From contig CASFBD010000001.1 of assembly GCA_949292885.1 (NCBI GenBank), positions 18,200 to 67,987 of the forward strand: a stretch of 49,788 nt of DNA, written 5' to 3'. Positions 9,330 to 19,700 of the stretch are shown here, in pieces. The notes below the pieces were generated by a model that worked only from the letters and a program-made list of their open reading frames with translations, was not told where the DNA came from and searched no databases. Source of the stretch: an uncultured Bacillota bacterium. GTDB lineage: Bacteria; Bacillota; Clostridia; Christensenellales; Borkfalkiaceae. The position numbers and the translations under genes are program-made. Every line of letters begins with the position of its first letter. Position 1 is the first letter of the stretch.

Positions 9330-10976
9330 TTATATCATGTAATCAATGATGTCGCTGTCGCGCAAAGTACTGCTGCGCTCGAACTGTTTTGTTATGGAAC
9401 CGTCTTTCATAATGAGGATCCTGTCGCTCATGCCTATGAGCTCGGAAAGTTCTTCGGAAATGATCACGATCGCATAGCCCTTCTGTTTGAGGTCGTACAA
9501 AAGCTGGTACATGGTCGTTTTTACTCCCACGTCTACGCCGCGGGTGGGCGAATCGAATACGAGAATGCGCGATTTATTGCCTATCCACTTTGCAAAAGAA
9601 ACCTTCTGCTTGTTTCCGCCCGACAGCTCGCGCACTTCCTGATTGATGGACGAACACTTGATCCTGAATTCCTCCACCCTGTCCTTGGAAAATTGTCTTT
9701 CACTTGCGGAAGGCACGACGCCGAAAATTTCCAGTTCGTTGATTGCGGAAATACAGAGATTGTCGCGTATGCTGCCCTGCAGGATGAGCGTTTCCTTATC
9801 CCTGTCCTTGGAGATGTAGCCGATGCTTGCCGAAAGCGCATCGTGTATACTGCGGATCTTGTACTCGCCGAGCTGCGTTTCGGGCAGACTTGTCTGTACG
9901 GGCGGCACCTCCGCCTTTGATTTTTTGAAGAGAGACCTGATCTTCGCGCCCGTCATTGCGACAAGATTTTTTAAACGCTTGCCGTAGAGCGCCGTCTTTT
10001 CCTTTCTGCTCAGCTGCCTGGGCGAATAGGCGGTGACACTGCCGGACGTTATCTTTTCCATACCGAAAAGAAGTCTGCCCAGTTCGTGGATACCGCTGCC
10101 CGAAAGTCCGCCTATGCCGACGATCTCTCCGCAGTGGACCGTAAGATCAATATTTTTCAGTATTCCCGCATTGACACCCTCTGCCCTGAGTGCGACCTGT
10201 TCGCCGTGGGAAGGGTCAAAATCTGCCCTGTAATAGTTGCCCTCGATCTTTCTTCCGACCATCTTCTGCTTTATGAAATCTTCGCTGAACTCGGACTTTT
10301 CTATGGTGGCGATCAGATTGCCGTCCCGAAGAACGGTAAGGCAGTCGCAGATCTCCATCAGTTCGGGGAGATCGTGCGATATAAACAGGACGGCTTTCCC
10401 TTCTGCCGCAAGATTTTTCATGATGGAGTGTATTTTGTCTCGGCCGTCCTGCGAAAGCGCGGTGGTCGTCTCGTCGACGATAAAGAGTTCGGGCTTGTAG
10501 TACAGAGCCTTGGCTATTTCCATCAGCTTGCGCGTTTCAAAATTGTACGCCGCCGCGGGACGCGTCACGTCAAGCTCCACACCGATCGCTTTGAGCGCTT
10601 TATCCGCTTCCGCCTCCATTGCGGCTTTATTCAAAAGGCCGAACTTCGTAAAGCGCTTCTCTTCGCCCAGGAAAATGTTTTCCGCCACGGTAAGATAGTC
10701 TACCGTACCTGCTTCCTGCACGATCATGCCTATGCCGTGCCTGCGCGCGTCGCCCGGATCGTTGGGTTTATAAGGCGCCCCCTTCAGCACGATCTCGCCC
10801 GATGTTATGCTGTGGATGCCGCATATCATGGAGGAGATGGTCGATTTACCCGATCCGTTTTCTCCGATCAGACCCTGGATCTCTCCGAGGCGCACGGTAA
10901 AATCGACGTTGTTGACCGCCACAACATCTCCGAACTTTTTTGTTATTCCTTTTGTTTGAAGAAAAATCTCTCCCAT
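9330..10976 (-). CDS. Sugar ABC transporter ATP-binding protein (two NBDs, RbsA/MglA-like) with ~50-aa insertion
   Basis: Walker A GENGSGKST, ISHDL, LSGGNKQK, DSPTRGVDVG, ISEELSELIGMSDR. Confidence 0.95.
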   Translation of the reverse strand: MGEIFLQTKGITKKFGDVVAVNNVDFTVRLGEIQGLIGENGSGKSTISSMICGIHSITSGEIVLKGAPYKPNDPGDARRHGIGMIVQEAGTVDYLTVAENIFLGEEKRFTKFGLLNKAAMEAEADKALKAIGVELDVTRPAAAYNFETRKLMEIAKALYYKPELFIVDETTTALSQDGRDKIHSIMKNLAAEGKAVLFISHDLPELMEICDCLTVLRDGNLIATIEKSEFSEDFIKQKMVGRKIEGNYYRADFDPSHGEQVALRAEGVNAGILKNIDLTVHCGEIVGIGGLSGSGIHELGRLLFGMEKITSGSVTAYSPRQLSRKEKTALYGKRLKNLVAMTGAKIRSLFKKSKAEVPPVQTSLPETQLGEYKIRSIHDALSASIGYISKDRDKETLILQGSIRDNLCISAINELEIFGVVPSASERQFSKDRVEEFRIKCSSINQEVRELSGGNKQKVSFAKWIGNKSRILVFDSPTRGVDVGVKTTMYQLLYDLKQKGYAIVIISEELSELIGMSDRILIMKDGSITKQFERSSTLRDSDIIDYMI

Positions 10977-11107
10977 AAAAAAACACTCCCCTGATGACGT
11001 TACTATTTTAATACAAAGATCGGGTTAACGCAATGCTCTATTTTATCTGATTTTATGCAAACATTTAACGTGTTTTAGGAATTGCCAGCCTTTTTTCGGA
11101 AAAAATA

Positions 11108-11136
11108 TTGACATTACGAAGCTCTTGTAGTATTTT
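11108..11136 (+). promoter_or_regulatory. Putative sigmaA promoter of AraC-GH39
   Basis: TTGACA-N17-TATTTT, upstream of the GGAGG RBS. Confidence 0.55.
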
Positions 11137-11183
11137 ATATTGGAAAAATGTCAAATTTTTAATTTCAGAGTTCGGAGGCATAA

Positions 11184-13685
11184 ATGGAATACCGACACGA
11201 GATCATTGAATTTCCAGACAGTCTTCCCATAAAAATTTTCATTCACCGCATCGGCGACGTCAGTATGCACTGGCACCAGTCGCTCGAATTATTATATATT
11301 GTAAGCGGCAAAGTAGAAATAACGGTGGGAAAAGATGTATTCTGCCTTTCCGACGACGATATGCTGCTTGTCAACTCCAATATGCCCCATTCTCTGTACT
11401 CGGACAATGCCACGATGATCGCCACGCAGATCAAACCGGAACGGCTGATGAACATTCCCGAAAAGCTGAAATATTCCCTGTTCGACTGCGTCTGTTCCTC
11501 CCAGACCGAACACAGTGCCGAAAAATTTTCCGTCATAAAGAGCTGTCTTGCCAGCCTGCTCAAACTGAATATCGAAGGCGGCGAACACATTTCCCTGATG
11601 AACACGTCGCTGTGCTACAAGCTGATGTACGAGCTGTACGCGAACTTTGCCAAACAGGGCAATGCCGCGCCCTCTGATCAGCATGAAACGTTCACAAGGC
11701 TGACCAACCTTCTGGGATATATCAACGCCAATTATAAAGAGAGTCTCACGCTCGAAAAACTGGCGTCGATCAGCTATGTCACCGTGCCGTATCTATCCAA
11801 AATGTTCAAAAACGTTATGAACATCACGATCAGCGAGTACATCAAGAGCATAAGACTGCACCACGCCGCCGGAATGCTCATAGATACGTCCATGTCCATT
11901 GACGAGATCGGATGGGAAAGCGGCTTCCCCAACGTACATTCTTTTATAGACGCCTTCAAGGAAAAATACGGCTGTACGCCCGGGTATTGGCGCAAGGAAA
12001 ACAAGTCGCGCAATATTCTGCATAAATTTAACGCTGATAAAGAAAAGAGCATCGGTTATTATAACATAAACTCCCCCATACTTTATAGTCAGGTGTCCGA
12101 CTTCATCAAAAAATATTCCGATACGCTCAGTACCAGCGTCGAAACCACTCTGCCCGCAACGCCGCTGAACTGCATAGACATCCCCGCCGACGGGAAAATC
12201 CGCCTGAAACACACCGCCCGCAACTTTATAGGCGTAAGCCGCGCAAGCGAACTTTTGGATGAGGACATCCGCCGCGAACTTAAAGAAGCACAGAAAGACA
12301 TTCGATTCAAATATGTAAAAACACATTCCGTTTTCGACGATGACATGATGGTCTACGACGAATACGACGGCATACCCTCCTATAACTTTACGCTTGTGGA
12401 CAGAGCATACGATTTTCTGCTTTCCATAGGACTGAGGCCGTACGTTCAGCTGTCCTTCATGCCCTCCGCCCTTGCAAGAAATCCCGAAAAAAACACCTTT
12501 TATAAAAAGATAATCACATCCATGCCCAAAGACATGGCAAAATGGGAAGACCTGCTGCGGCACTTTCTGACTCACCTGATCGACAGATACGGAACGGAAG
12601 AGGTGCGCAAATGGCCTTTCGGCGTTTGGAACGAACCGGCAACTTCCGAACAGCTGTTTGGTCTGAAAGAAGAAGAATATTATGCTCTTTACGACAGTTC
12701 TTACAGGACGCTCAAACAAATCGACAGCGCCCTGACGGTGGGCGGGCCGTCGCACTTTGCCGCTTTCGGAAAAACCGACGAATTTTTGTTCCGCTTTCTC
12801 GCCCACGCCTCAAAAGCAGGCTGCACCCCCGATTTTCTCGATGTGCATTACTACGATATCGATATGCGCGCAACCTACCTGGACGAAAACGGTATAAAAC
12901 GTTTTACTCCTCTCGCGCCCTCTCCCGACACCTTCAACAATTTCATAGACGCGCTTAAAGCCAGACTGCACGAGGAAGGTGCGGATATGCCCCTTTACAT
13001 TACCGAATGGAACTCCACCACGTCGCACAGGGATATGCTGTCCGATACCTGCTTCAAATCGGCATACATTGTCAAAAACCTTCTCGATACCTACGACAAG
13101 ACTGACGGCATATGCTATTGGCTGCTTTCCGATATGCACAATGAAAGCCGCCTGAACAACAAAACCTTCCATGGCGGTCTGGGAATGTTTACTGTCAACG
13201 GCATCAAAAAACCCGCCTATTTCGCGTACAAATTGCTTTCTGAACTGGGAGACGTCCTGCTTTGCAAGGGCGAGGGATATTTTGCAACAAAAAAAGGTGA
13301 AGAGTACCGCATTTTGCTTTATAATTATTGTCACTATTCCAAAGCCTACTCGGAAGACGTCGGTATAAACACCACCTATACGGACAGATATTCTGTCTTC
13401 CCGGACAAAAAGACCATGGCATTTGAGATCAATCTGGAAAACGCAAAGGGCAAATACCGCGTGTGGCAATCCGTTCTGGGTCGGGACAGCGGCTCCGCGT
13501 TCGACAATTTTGTAAATTCGGGTGCCTGCGAACCCCTGTCCCGCGACGATGAGGAGTATTTAAAAAACTGTACCACACCTAAAATTTTAGGACAAAAACT
13601 CGATGAAGGCGAAAAAATCACGGCTGTCCTTGCCCCGCACGAAGTACGGCTTATAAAGATAGCCCCTTCCGTGAGCGAGGAATGA
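11184..13685 (+). CDS. AraC-family regulator fused to a C-terminal GH39 (beta-xylosidase-like) domain
   Basis: Cupin HWHQSLELLY and AraC HTH (GFPNVHSFIDAFKEKYGCTP), then GH39 motifs HSVFDDDM, PYVQLSFMP, WNEP, ITEWN, FHGGLG, IKKPAY. Confidence 0.92.
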   Translation: MEYRHEIIEFPDSLPIKIFIHRIGDVSMHWHQSLELLYIVSGKVEITVGKDVFCLSDDDMLLVNSNMPHSLYSDNATMIATQIKPERLMNIPEKLKYSLFDCVCSSQTEHSAEKFSVIKSCLASLLKLNIEGGEHISLMNTSLCYKLMYELYANFAKQGNAAPSDQHETFTRLTNLLGYINANYKESLTLEKLASISYVTVPYLSKMFKNVMNITISEYIKSIRLHHAAGMLIDTSMSIDEIGWESGFPNVHSFIDAFKEKYGCTPGYWRKENKSRNILHKFNADKEKSIGYYNINSPILYSQVSDFIKKYSDTLSTSVETTLPATPLNCIDIPADGKIRLKHTARNFIGVSRASELLDEDIRRELKEAQKDIRFKYVKTHSVFDDDMMVYDEYDGIPSYNFTLVDRAYDFLLSIGLRPYVQLSFMPSALARNPEKNTFYKKIITSMPKDMAKWEDLLRHFLTHLIDRYGTEEVRKWPFGVWNEPATSEQLFGLKEEEYYALYDSSYRTLKQIDSALTVGGPSHFAAFGKTDEFLFRFLAHASKAGCTPDFLDVHYYDIDMRATYLDENGIKRFTPLAPSPDTFNNFIDALKARLHEEGADMPLYITEWNSTTSHRDMLSDTCFKSAYIVKNLLDTYDKTDGICYWLLSDMHNESRLNNKTFHGGLGMFTVNGIKKPAYFAYKLLSELGDVLLCKGEGYFATKKGEEYRILLYNYCHYSKAYSEDVGINTTYTDRYSVFPDKKTMAFEINLENAKGKYRVWQSVLGRDSGSAFDNFVNSGACEPLSRDDEEYLKNCTTPKILGQKLDEGEKITAVLAPHEVRLIKIAPSVSEE

Positions 13686-13856
13686 CTTCTTCCGTCGTTT
13701 TAAAAGTATCTGAAAACATCGGACAAACAGCGTAAAATTAAAAGGATCCTGTCCACGATCCGAATCGTGGTACTCAACCATACTGATTTGACAAGCAATC
13801 AGATCTTCTTTTTCCTGATTGCTTATGTTACACCATTTTTTCTACCGACAAAAAGC

Positions 13857-13894
13857 AACGATCCCGAAGACAACAGTCTTCGGGATCGTTTTTT
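13857..13894 (+). terminator. Intrinsic terminator (probably bidirectional)
   Basis: AACGATCCCGAAGAC-AACA-GTCTTCGGGATCGTT followed by TTTT, between convergent genes. Confidence 0.8.
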
Positions 13895-14040
13895 CTTCGT
13901 TTGAGTAAGGTTATACCTTCAACAGACATCGGTTAAAAATACCTGTTTCCGTCCAAACCCGCAAATGATTGTTTTTTATAAAAAATACGCAGTCTGAAGT
14001 TTTCTGCGGATCCGATTGAGTAAAATTGTATCGTATTTTA

Positions 14041-15063
14041 TCAGCAACAGGATGTAAGTTCGTCCCACATGACAAATACTTCGCGGACGTTTTCAAATTT
14101 TCCGCCCGGCCCGAACTCGCACTGCGCTATACAGCCGCCGTTATCGTACAGAGTATCCTTGACAGACCAGACCGCCTCGCGGATCTGCTCTTTTGACGCA
14201 TAGGGCAATAAATTCTGACGGTCGATCTCGCCCCAAAAAGTGATCTTCCCTTTAAACTGCGCAAGTTTCTCCACGCCCATGCAAAAGATCTGCGTATTGA
14301 GCGCGTCCAAACCAATGTCGATGAGCGAAGGAATGATATCCAGGGTATATCCGTCCGAATGCATGAAGGTCTTTTTGCCGTATTTCTTTGCAATATCAAT
14401 ATAATCCCGATACATGGGCATAAACAGTTCTTTCCAGATTTTCGGGTCGATGAGCAGCGATCTCTGTGCGCCCCAGTCGTCCATAAAAGACAATGCGTCG
14501 CAATTTGTCTGCGCCAGCTTTTCCAGATAACGGCAGTAGAAATCGTGCATCTTTTCCATAAATTCCAGCATCTTTTTCGGACGCGTTATCAGGTCAACGT
14601 AAAAATTTTCCGTGCCGCGGATAAATTGCAGCTGTTCAAACGGACGGGGACAGCCGAAAACGAGAAATTTGTCCGATACCTTCTCGATCTCCGCATTGAC
14701 CTGCCCGATCTTAAAGGAAAGCAATTCCTCGGGAATATGTACTTTGTCCACATCTTCCCAGTCATCGTCCTGCACCAACGGGTTTTTGACTTCGCCGATG
14801 ATCCCGCGGCTGACATTGACAAAAGTACAGCCCCACGCATCGGTAGCCTCTCCGATCTCGTGCATATCGCCCTTCTGACGCACGAACGGCTTTTCGTACT
14901 CAAACGGAACGCCGGAAAAATCGGAGGGAAATTCCTGCAAAAGGCTTTGGATCTCTTTTCCGTAATTGTTGAATGCCCACGGCAATGCCCAAAGCTCGCG
15001 CGCCGTACGGTGATTGCTGTTTTTAAATTCCAGGGTATCCAGAACGATTTGTTTGGATGTCAT
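14041..15063 (-). CDS. URO-D/MtaA-CmuA superfamily protein (paralogue 1), function unknown
   Basis: IRGTENFYVDL, FMDDWGAQRSLLIDP, MHSDG, FWGEIDRQNLLP, GGCIAQCE. Lacks the HemE MRQAGR motif. Confidence 0.85.
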   Translation of the reverse strand: MTSKQIVLDTLEFKNSNHRTARELWALPWAFNNYGKEIQSLLQEFPSDFSGVPFEYEKPFVRQKGDMHEIGEATDAWGCTFVNVSRGIIGEVKNPLVQDDDWEDVDKVHIPEELLSFKIGQVNAEIEKVSDKFLVFGCPRPFEQLQFIRGTENFYVDLITRPKKMLEFMEKMHDFYCRYLEKLAQTNCDALSFMDDWGAQRSLLIDPKIWKELFMPMYRDYIDIAKKYGKKTFMHSDGYTLDIIPSLIDIGLDALNTQIFCMGVEKLAQFKGKITFWGEIDRQNLLPYASKEQIREAVWSVKDTLYDNGGCIAQCEFGPGGKFENVREVFVMWDELTSCC

Positions 15064-15085
15064 AACACTTCTCCTTTTTGAAATA

Positions 15086-15113
15086 CGGCTGTACGCAATA
15101 CAGCGTACAGCCG
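15086..15113. other. Intergenic stem-loop between GH76 and URO-D paralogue 1
   Basis: 11-bp inverted repeat CGGCTGTACGC-AATACA-GCGTACAGCCG, followed on the minus strand by a short TATTT and then the RBS. Confidence 0.6.
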
Positions 15114-15127
15114 CAAACGATCCTGAA

Positions 15128-16708
15128 TTATTCCGCTACGGCACCTTTTTCCCAGTGCGCCGCAAGCTTTGCGTACATCACGATATTTGCCGAAACGCTG
15201 AGAACGGCAAGATTCTGATCGTCCTCACCGTAAGGGATCCATCCCGTAATATAGTTTGTGGGAATGTATCCGTCACGGTAATAATGTTCGTAAGCGTAGT
15301 CCAATCCGTTCTGGAAGGAATTGACGAATTTGAGAGAATCTTCGTTCGATTCCGTTCCGTCGAGATACAGATACCCTTCCAGCAAGATCTGGTGGAACCA
15401 GTTGCCTGCCTCCGGATATTTCTGCGGGTACTGATACAACCCTTCCGCATACGAACCGTCGGCAAACTCGTCAAACGCGGCTGCTGCCGTAAATTTTGCA
15501 TCGGCAAGGTATTTTTCCTCGCCCGTGATCTCATAAAGGAGAGCGCTTGCGGAGATGGGGAAACCGCTGTTGTACGTATGCGCCGTGCCGCCGATCTCTG
15601 TGATGGCATAACTGCCGTCTTCCAGTTCCGTGCAGGAACGCGCATCGCAATAAACGCCGTCGGGGAAACGCAGATACGTCTGCGTCCAGTCATAGCTCTT
15701 GATCGCCCAGTCGAGGTAATACTGTGCCGTCTGCTGCATTTTCCCTTCCAGTTCTTCGCTGTAATCGTTGATCAGCTGATACATTTCCGCAAACATAACG
15801 GCAGCGGGAGCATTCATGCACGTGGGCAGATAATTGATTACGTCGCCTTCGCCCCAACCGAATCCGCCGATCTCTTTGCCCGTGATCGTGTTGATCTGAT
15901 AATGCCAAGACAGATCGATGATCGAACGCATCAGTTCTTCCGCATACTCGAGGTAGCGGATGTCTTTCGTGACACGGTAAGCTTCCATATACACGCGCGC
16001 TATATGCGCGTTGTCGTCGAACGCCGTCTTGATGGGCGCCCCGCCGGGAACAAGGCCGCGCTCTGTTCCGTAAAGCAGGTATCCGTCCGTACGCTGTTCT
16101 CTGAAATAGTCCATCGCCTCAAACATGGAAGCGGCCGCTTCTTCCAGATATTCGTTGTCGGGCAGAAGATCCATCAGCGTGATCGCCGCTTCGAGCAGCG
16201 CGACCAGATGCCAGTCCCCGCCCGCTTTGGTGTCGCCGAGATACGCATAGACATATTTGCTTTCCGGAATATAAAAATCACTGTACGCCTGTTTAAACAG
16301 ATCGAGAGCGCGAACGGCGTTTTGCTCCGCCAGCTCGCTTTCAAATTCGGGGAACTCGTAATCCGAACCGTCCTGCGAGGAATCCGCCTTTACCGTGACC
16401 GCGCAAGTCGCGGTAAAGGAGCCTTCTTCCGTCGTTACCGTGATGACGGCGCTGCCCTCTTCCAAAGCCGTAACTTTTCCCTGTGCGCTGACTGTTGCCA
16501 CATCTTCGGCCGAGCTGCTCCAGCTCACTTTTTTATTTTCTGCCGTCGAAGGAGACACCGTCGCCACAAGCGTAGCTTCCGCTCCTACCTTCATTTCAAG
16601 GCTGGTTTTGTTGAGTTTGACACCGCTGACCGCCGACGAAGGCGCACAGCCGGCCAGCACGGAAAACGAAAACGCCAAGGCCAACAAGAACATTATTACT
16701 TTTTTCAT
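15128..16708 (-). CDS. Lipoprotein with Big_2 Ig domain and GH76 (endo-alpha-1,6-mannanase-like) domain
   Basis: Lipobox LAGC and Big_2 (VSWSSSAEDVATVS), then GH76 motifs AFDDNAH (catalytic DD), GGFGW, NAPAA, TYNSG. Confidence 0.85.
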   Translation of the reverse strand: MKKVIMFLLALAFSFSVLAGCAPSSAVSGVKLNKTSLEMKVGAEATLVATVSPSTAENKKVSWSSSAEDVATVSAQGKVTALEEGSAVITVTTEEGSFTATCAVTVKADSSQDGSDYEFPEFESELAEQNAVRALDLFKQAYSDFYIPESKYVYAYLGDTKAGGDWHLVALLEAAITLMDLLPDNEYLEEAAASMFEAMDYFREQRTDGYLLYGTERGLVPGGAPIKTAFDDNAHIARVYMEAYRVTKDIRYLEYAEELMRSIIDLSWHYQINTITGKEIGGFGWGEGDVINYLPTCMNAPAAVMFAEMYQLINDYSEELEGKMQQTAQYYLDWAIKSYDWTQTYLRFPDGVYCDARSCTELEDGSYAITEIGGTAHTYNSGFPISASALLYEITGEEKYLADAKFTAAAAFDEFADGSYAEGLYQYPQKYPEAGNWFHQILLEGYLYLDGTESNEDSLKFVNSFQNGLDYAYEHYYRDGYIPTNYITGWIPYGEDDQNLAVLSVSANIVMYAKLAAHWEKGAVAE

Positions 16709-16711
16709 CGT

Positions 16712-19700
16712 TTACCCCTTCCTTTGCTTTTTGCTTGCTTTCGACACGACGACAGCCGTTACCGCCGCTGCCGCAAACACACTGAGCACGACGGCAACGA
16801 TCAGCCAACCGTTTACGCTTTCCGGTATGACGTTTTCCGCATCTCCCGCCGTTACCTGCAAAGATTTCAGTACAGGATCGCTCTTTTCGTTTGCATTTTG
16901 AGATTCCCCTGCGATCTCCGCATATTTCTCTGCATAATCCTGATACGTTCCGTCCTTGACGAAAGCGACCAGCCAGCAGCTGTCGTGCTGCAAAACGACG
17001 CATCCGTTTGCAAATTGCTGATGCACGTCTCCGTTGCTTTCCGTAACCGCATCCGCCACGGGCGAACCGTAATTGTTGAAATTATCCAGCCACAGATATG
17101 CCGTAAGCATATTGCCCGTCAGGCTGACGACCTCATTTGCCTCCGCGCCTTTGACAAACACAAAATATGTTACCTGCACCCTGTTGTCGCCGTAGCCGCC
17201 GAGCGAGCCTTCGCTGTCACCCCAGTAGAACTGAGAACCGAAAACGTTTGTCCAGGTCACGCCGCCTCTGCCGTCGATCAGCCCGGCGCAGATACCCTTT
17301 TCCCACAGCTCTTCGTATTTGGCTTTCATGAGCGTGAGATATTCTTCTTTTGTTCCGAAAGGAGGATTCGTCATTCCCGTGACAGCCGTTTCGATCATTC
17401 CCACAAACTTCGTCTTTGCCGCATCCATCAGTTCGCCTGCCGTTCCGTCGTCGTTGTAATTCCTGCCGGAACTGTACCACACTTCGCTGTCCATGCCGTT
17501 GGCGGTGGGCGTCACTTTTACCGAACCGTATTCATAGTTGAGATAATACACGCCGTCCAGCTCAAACGATTTGACCAGCGCACCGTATTCGGTGGGAACA
17601 TACGGGCTGGCTTTGACCGTATAAGTGTGCTCCGTTTCGTCATATTCCGCACCGTAAATGATATGCGGCGCAAAATTGGCTTCCGACAGCCAGACGATCC
17701 CGCCGCTGAACTGCTGCAGATACACATTCTCTTCCGTCTGCATATTCGCCTTGAGCGGAACAAGTTCCATGTTCCCTTCGGGGCAGCCGAGGTTGAGATT
17801 GAACGCAAAATAATACAGTGCATCGCCGGTCACGGCATAAATTGCATCTTTTTCGGGATTGTAGACCAGCGTGGTCACCCTGCCGCGGATGTTATTGATG
17901 CTCGTCACGTAACGGCTGCCGTTATTCCAGGAGAAATTGCCGTCCCCGCACTGGAAATCCTGCACGACATAGCCGTTCCAGGTTTTGATAAAGCTTGCCG
18001 CAACGCCGACCGAATACCCTTCCTGCGAAAGCGCTTTGACCGCGGCTTTATAATCCTGCGCCAGTTCGTCCAGCGTCTTGTCGCTTCCGTTTGCCGCAAG
18101 ATTTGCCTCGATGTTGGCAGGTTTCATGTCGTCGCTCGTATTCGGATCGGTGTTGATCATTCCCGCCATATCCAGCAGCCACGCGTCTTCGACAAAAGAG
18201 ATCGTTCCGTCGGGAGCAACGTTTCTGAGCGCAATGACGTCCTGCACCCCGTCTTTCACCACGACGTAACCGCGGTTATAATTCTGATAGAACACGCCGT
18301 CGATGACATAAGCGGTCGTTTTGGAACCCATTTCTCCGGGGATCTTGCTCGTATCCAGTTCCGGAATTTCGTTGAACGAGGAAGCGGTTTCATCGTAAAC
18401 CACGTTCAGCACGCTCCCCGTTGTACCGTCTTTCATGTATACGTATCCGTTGGAAAAGACCATCAGCTTCTCGTACGTTTCGCTTGTACCGTCCGCAAGC
18501 GTGACTGTCTTGTTCTCAAACTGATCGCATACGGGATAGCCGAACTGGCTGTAATTTTTATTCCATTCGTCCATCAGTCTCCTGTCGGAACAAAGGAACA
18601 CTTCTCCTTTTTCCGCATTGAAAATGAGGATGGAATATCTGTTCCAGCCGGGCGAAGAAAGATCGGCGCTTACCCCGTCGCCGAAAGCGAACTCCTGCAC
18701 GGTGAGGCCGCCCCAATCTTTGACGAACGTCCGCGCCATGCCTGCGTTGAATCCGTCGGCTGCAAGCGCTTTGTATTTTGCCGCAAACAAGCCCTCGACT
18801 TCCTCTACCGTGTAACCCAATGCCTCCACACGGGGCTTGATCATGTCGTAAGAATCTGCGGATTTCGTAGAGATCAGCCCGACCAGATACCAGTCGTCGC
18901 TCTCCCAATTTACGGTATTATACAGAATAAAGGAATCACCGGCGGGAATTTCCTCGCCCCAGACCGTCATGTTTCTGCCGCCGACGATGTCCACGGTATC
19001 CCCATCCTTGACGGCATAGCCGCGCGCATAATTCTGATAGATCTTTCCGTCAACGACAAAACTTTTACCCAGCTGACTGCGCAATTCCCCGCAAATGGAA
19101 TCGCCGATGCTTACATTTGCCGCATCGCCCGCGACAAAGCAGTTGTTGACGCTGTCGTAATAGGCATCCGCAACGCTGTTCCATTCGCCTTCGGAAGAAT
19201 ACAGATACCCGTAACGGAAAATGATGATGTCCTCGTAGGTAACATCTTCGCCCGCGGTTGTTTTTGTAGCAAAATCCGTCTTTCTTTCCATCACCGTTCC
19301 GAGCGAACTCCAAGAAGCATTCCATGCCGTCAGTTCGTCCAGTTCCAGATACACCGTTTTTCCCGTAAACGGGCTGTAAAACAGTGCGCTGTTGGTATTT
19401 CCGTCGATGCCGTAATTGTTGTCCACATCCGGAGCATCAGACAGCTGCTGCACGACAGAACCTGCCCATTCTTTCACCCAGCTGCGCGGAAGATTCTGCG
19501 TGCCGCTCTCTTCATACGCAGCGATCATGGACTGCGTGATCTGTTCCTGCACTGTTTCATCGAAGTTGTAACCGACGCTTGCAAGCGCGCCGGGTACACC
19601 CGTGCTCTGATCGCCGAACTGTCCTACATCCGTTGCGCTCCACGCGCGGACTTTCATGAACGAAAAAAGTCCGACGAGCGAAAGCGCAAACGCAAAGCAC

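Noticed and set aside
14041-15063. Calling the URO-D-like genes hemE
   Set aside because: None of the four has the HemE MRQAGR motif and there are no tetrapyrrole genes nearby.
16706-16714. Possible stop-codon readthrough fusing the repeat protein to GH76 (TAA ACG ATG, same frame)
   Set aside because: GH76 has its own RBS (GGAAGGGG) and lipoprotein signal, and the upstream protein ends in a TM anchor. This is ordinary tight operon spacing.
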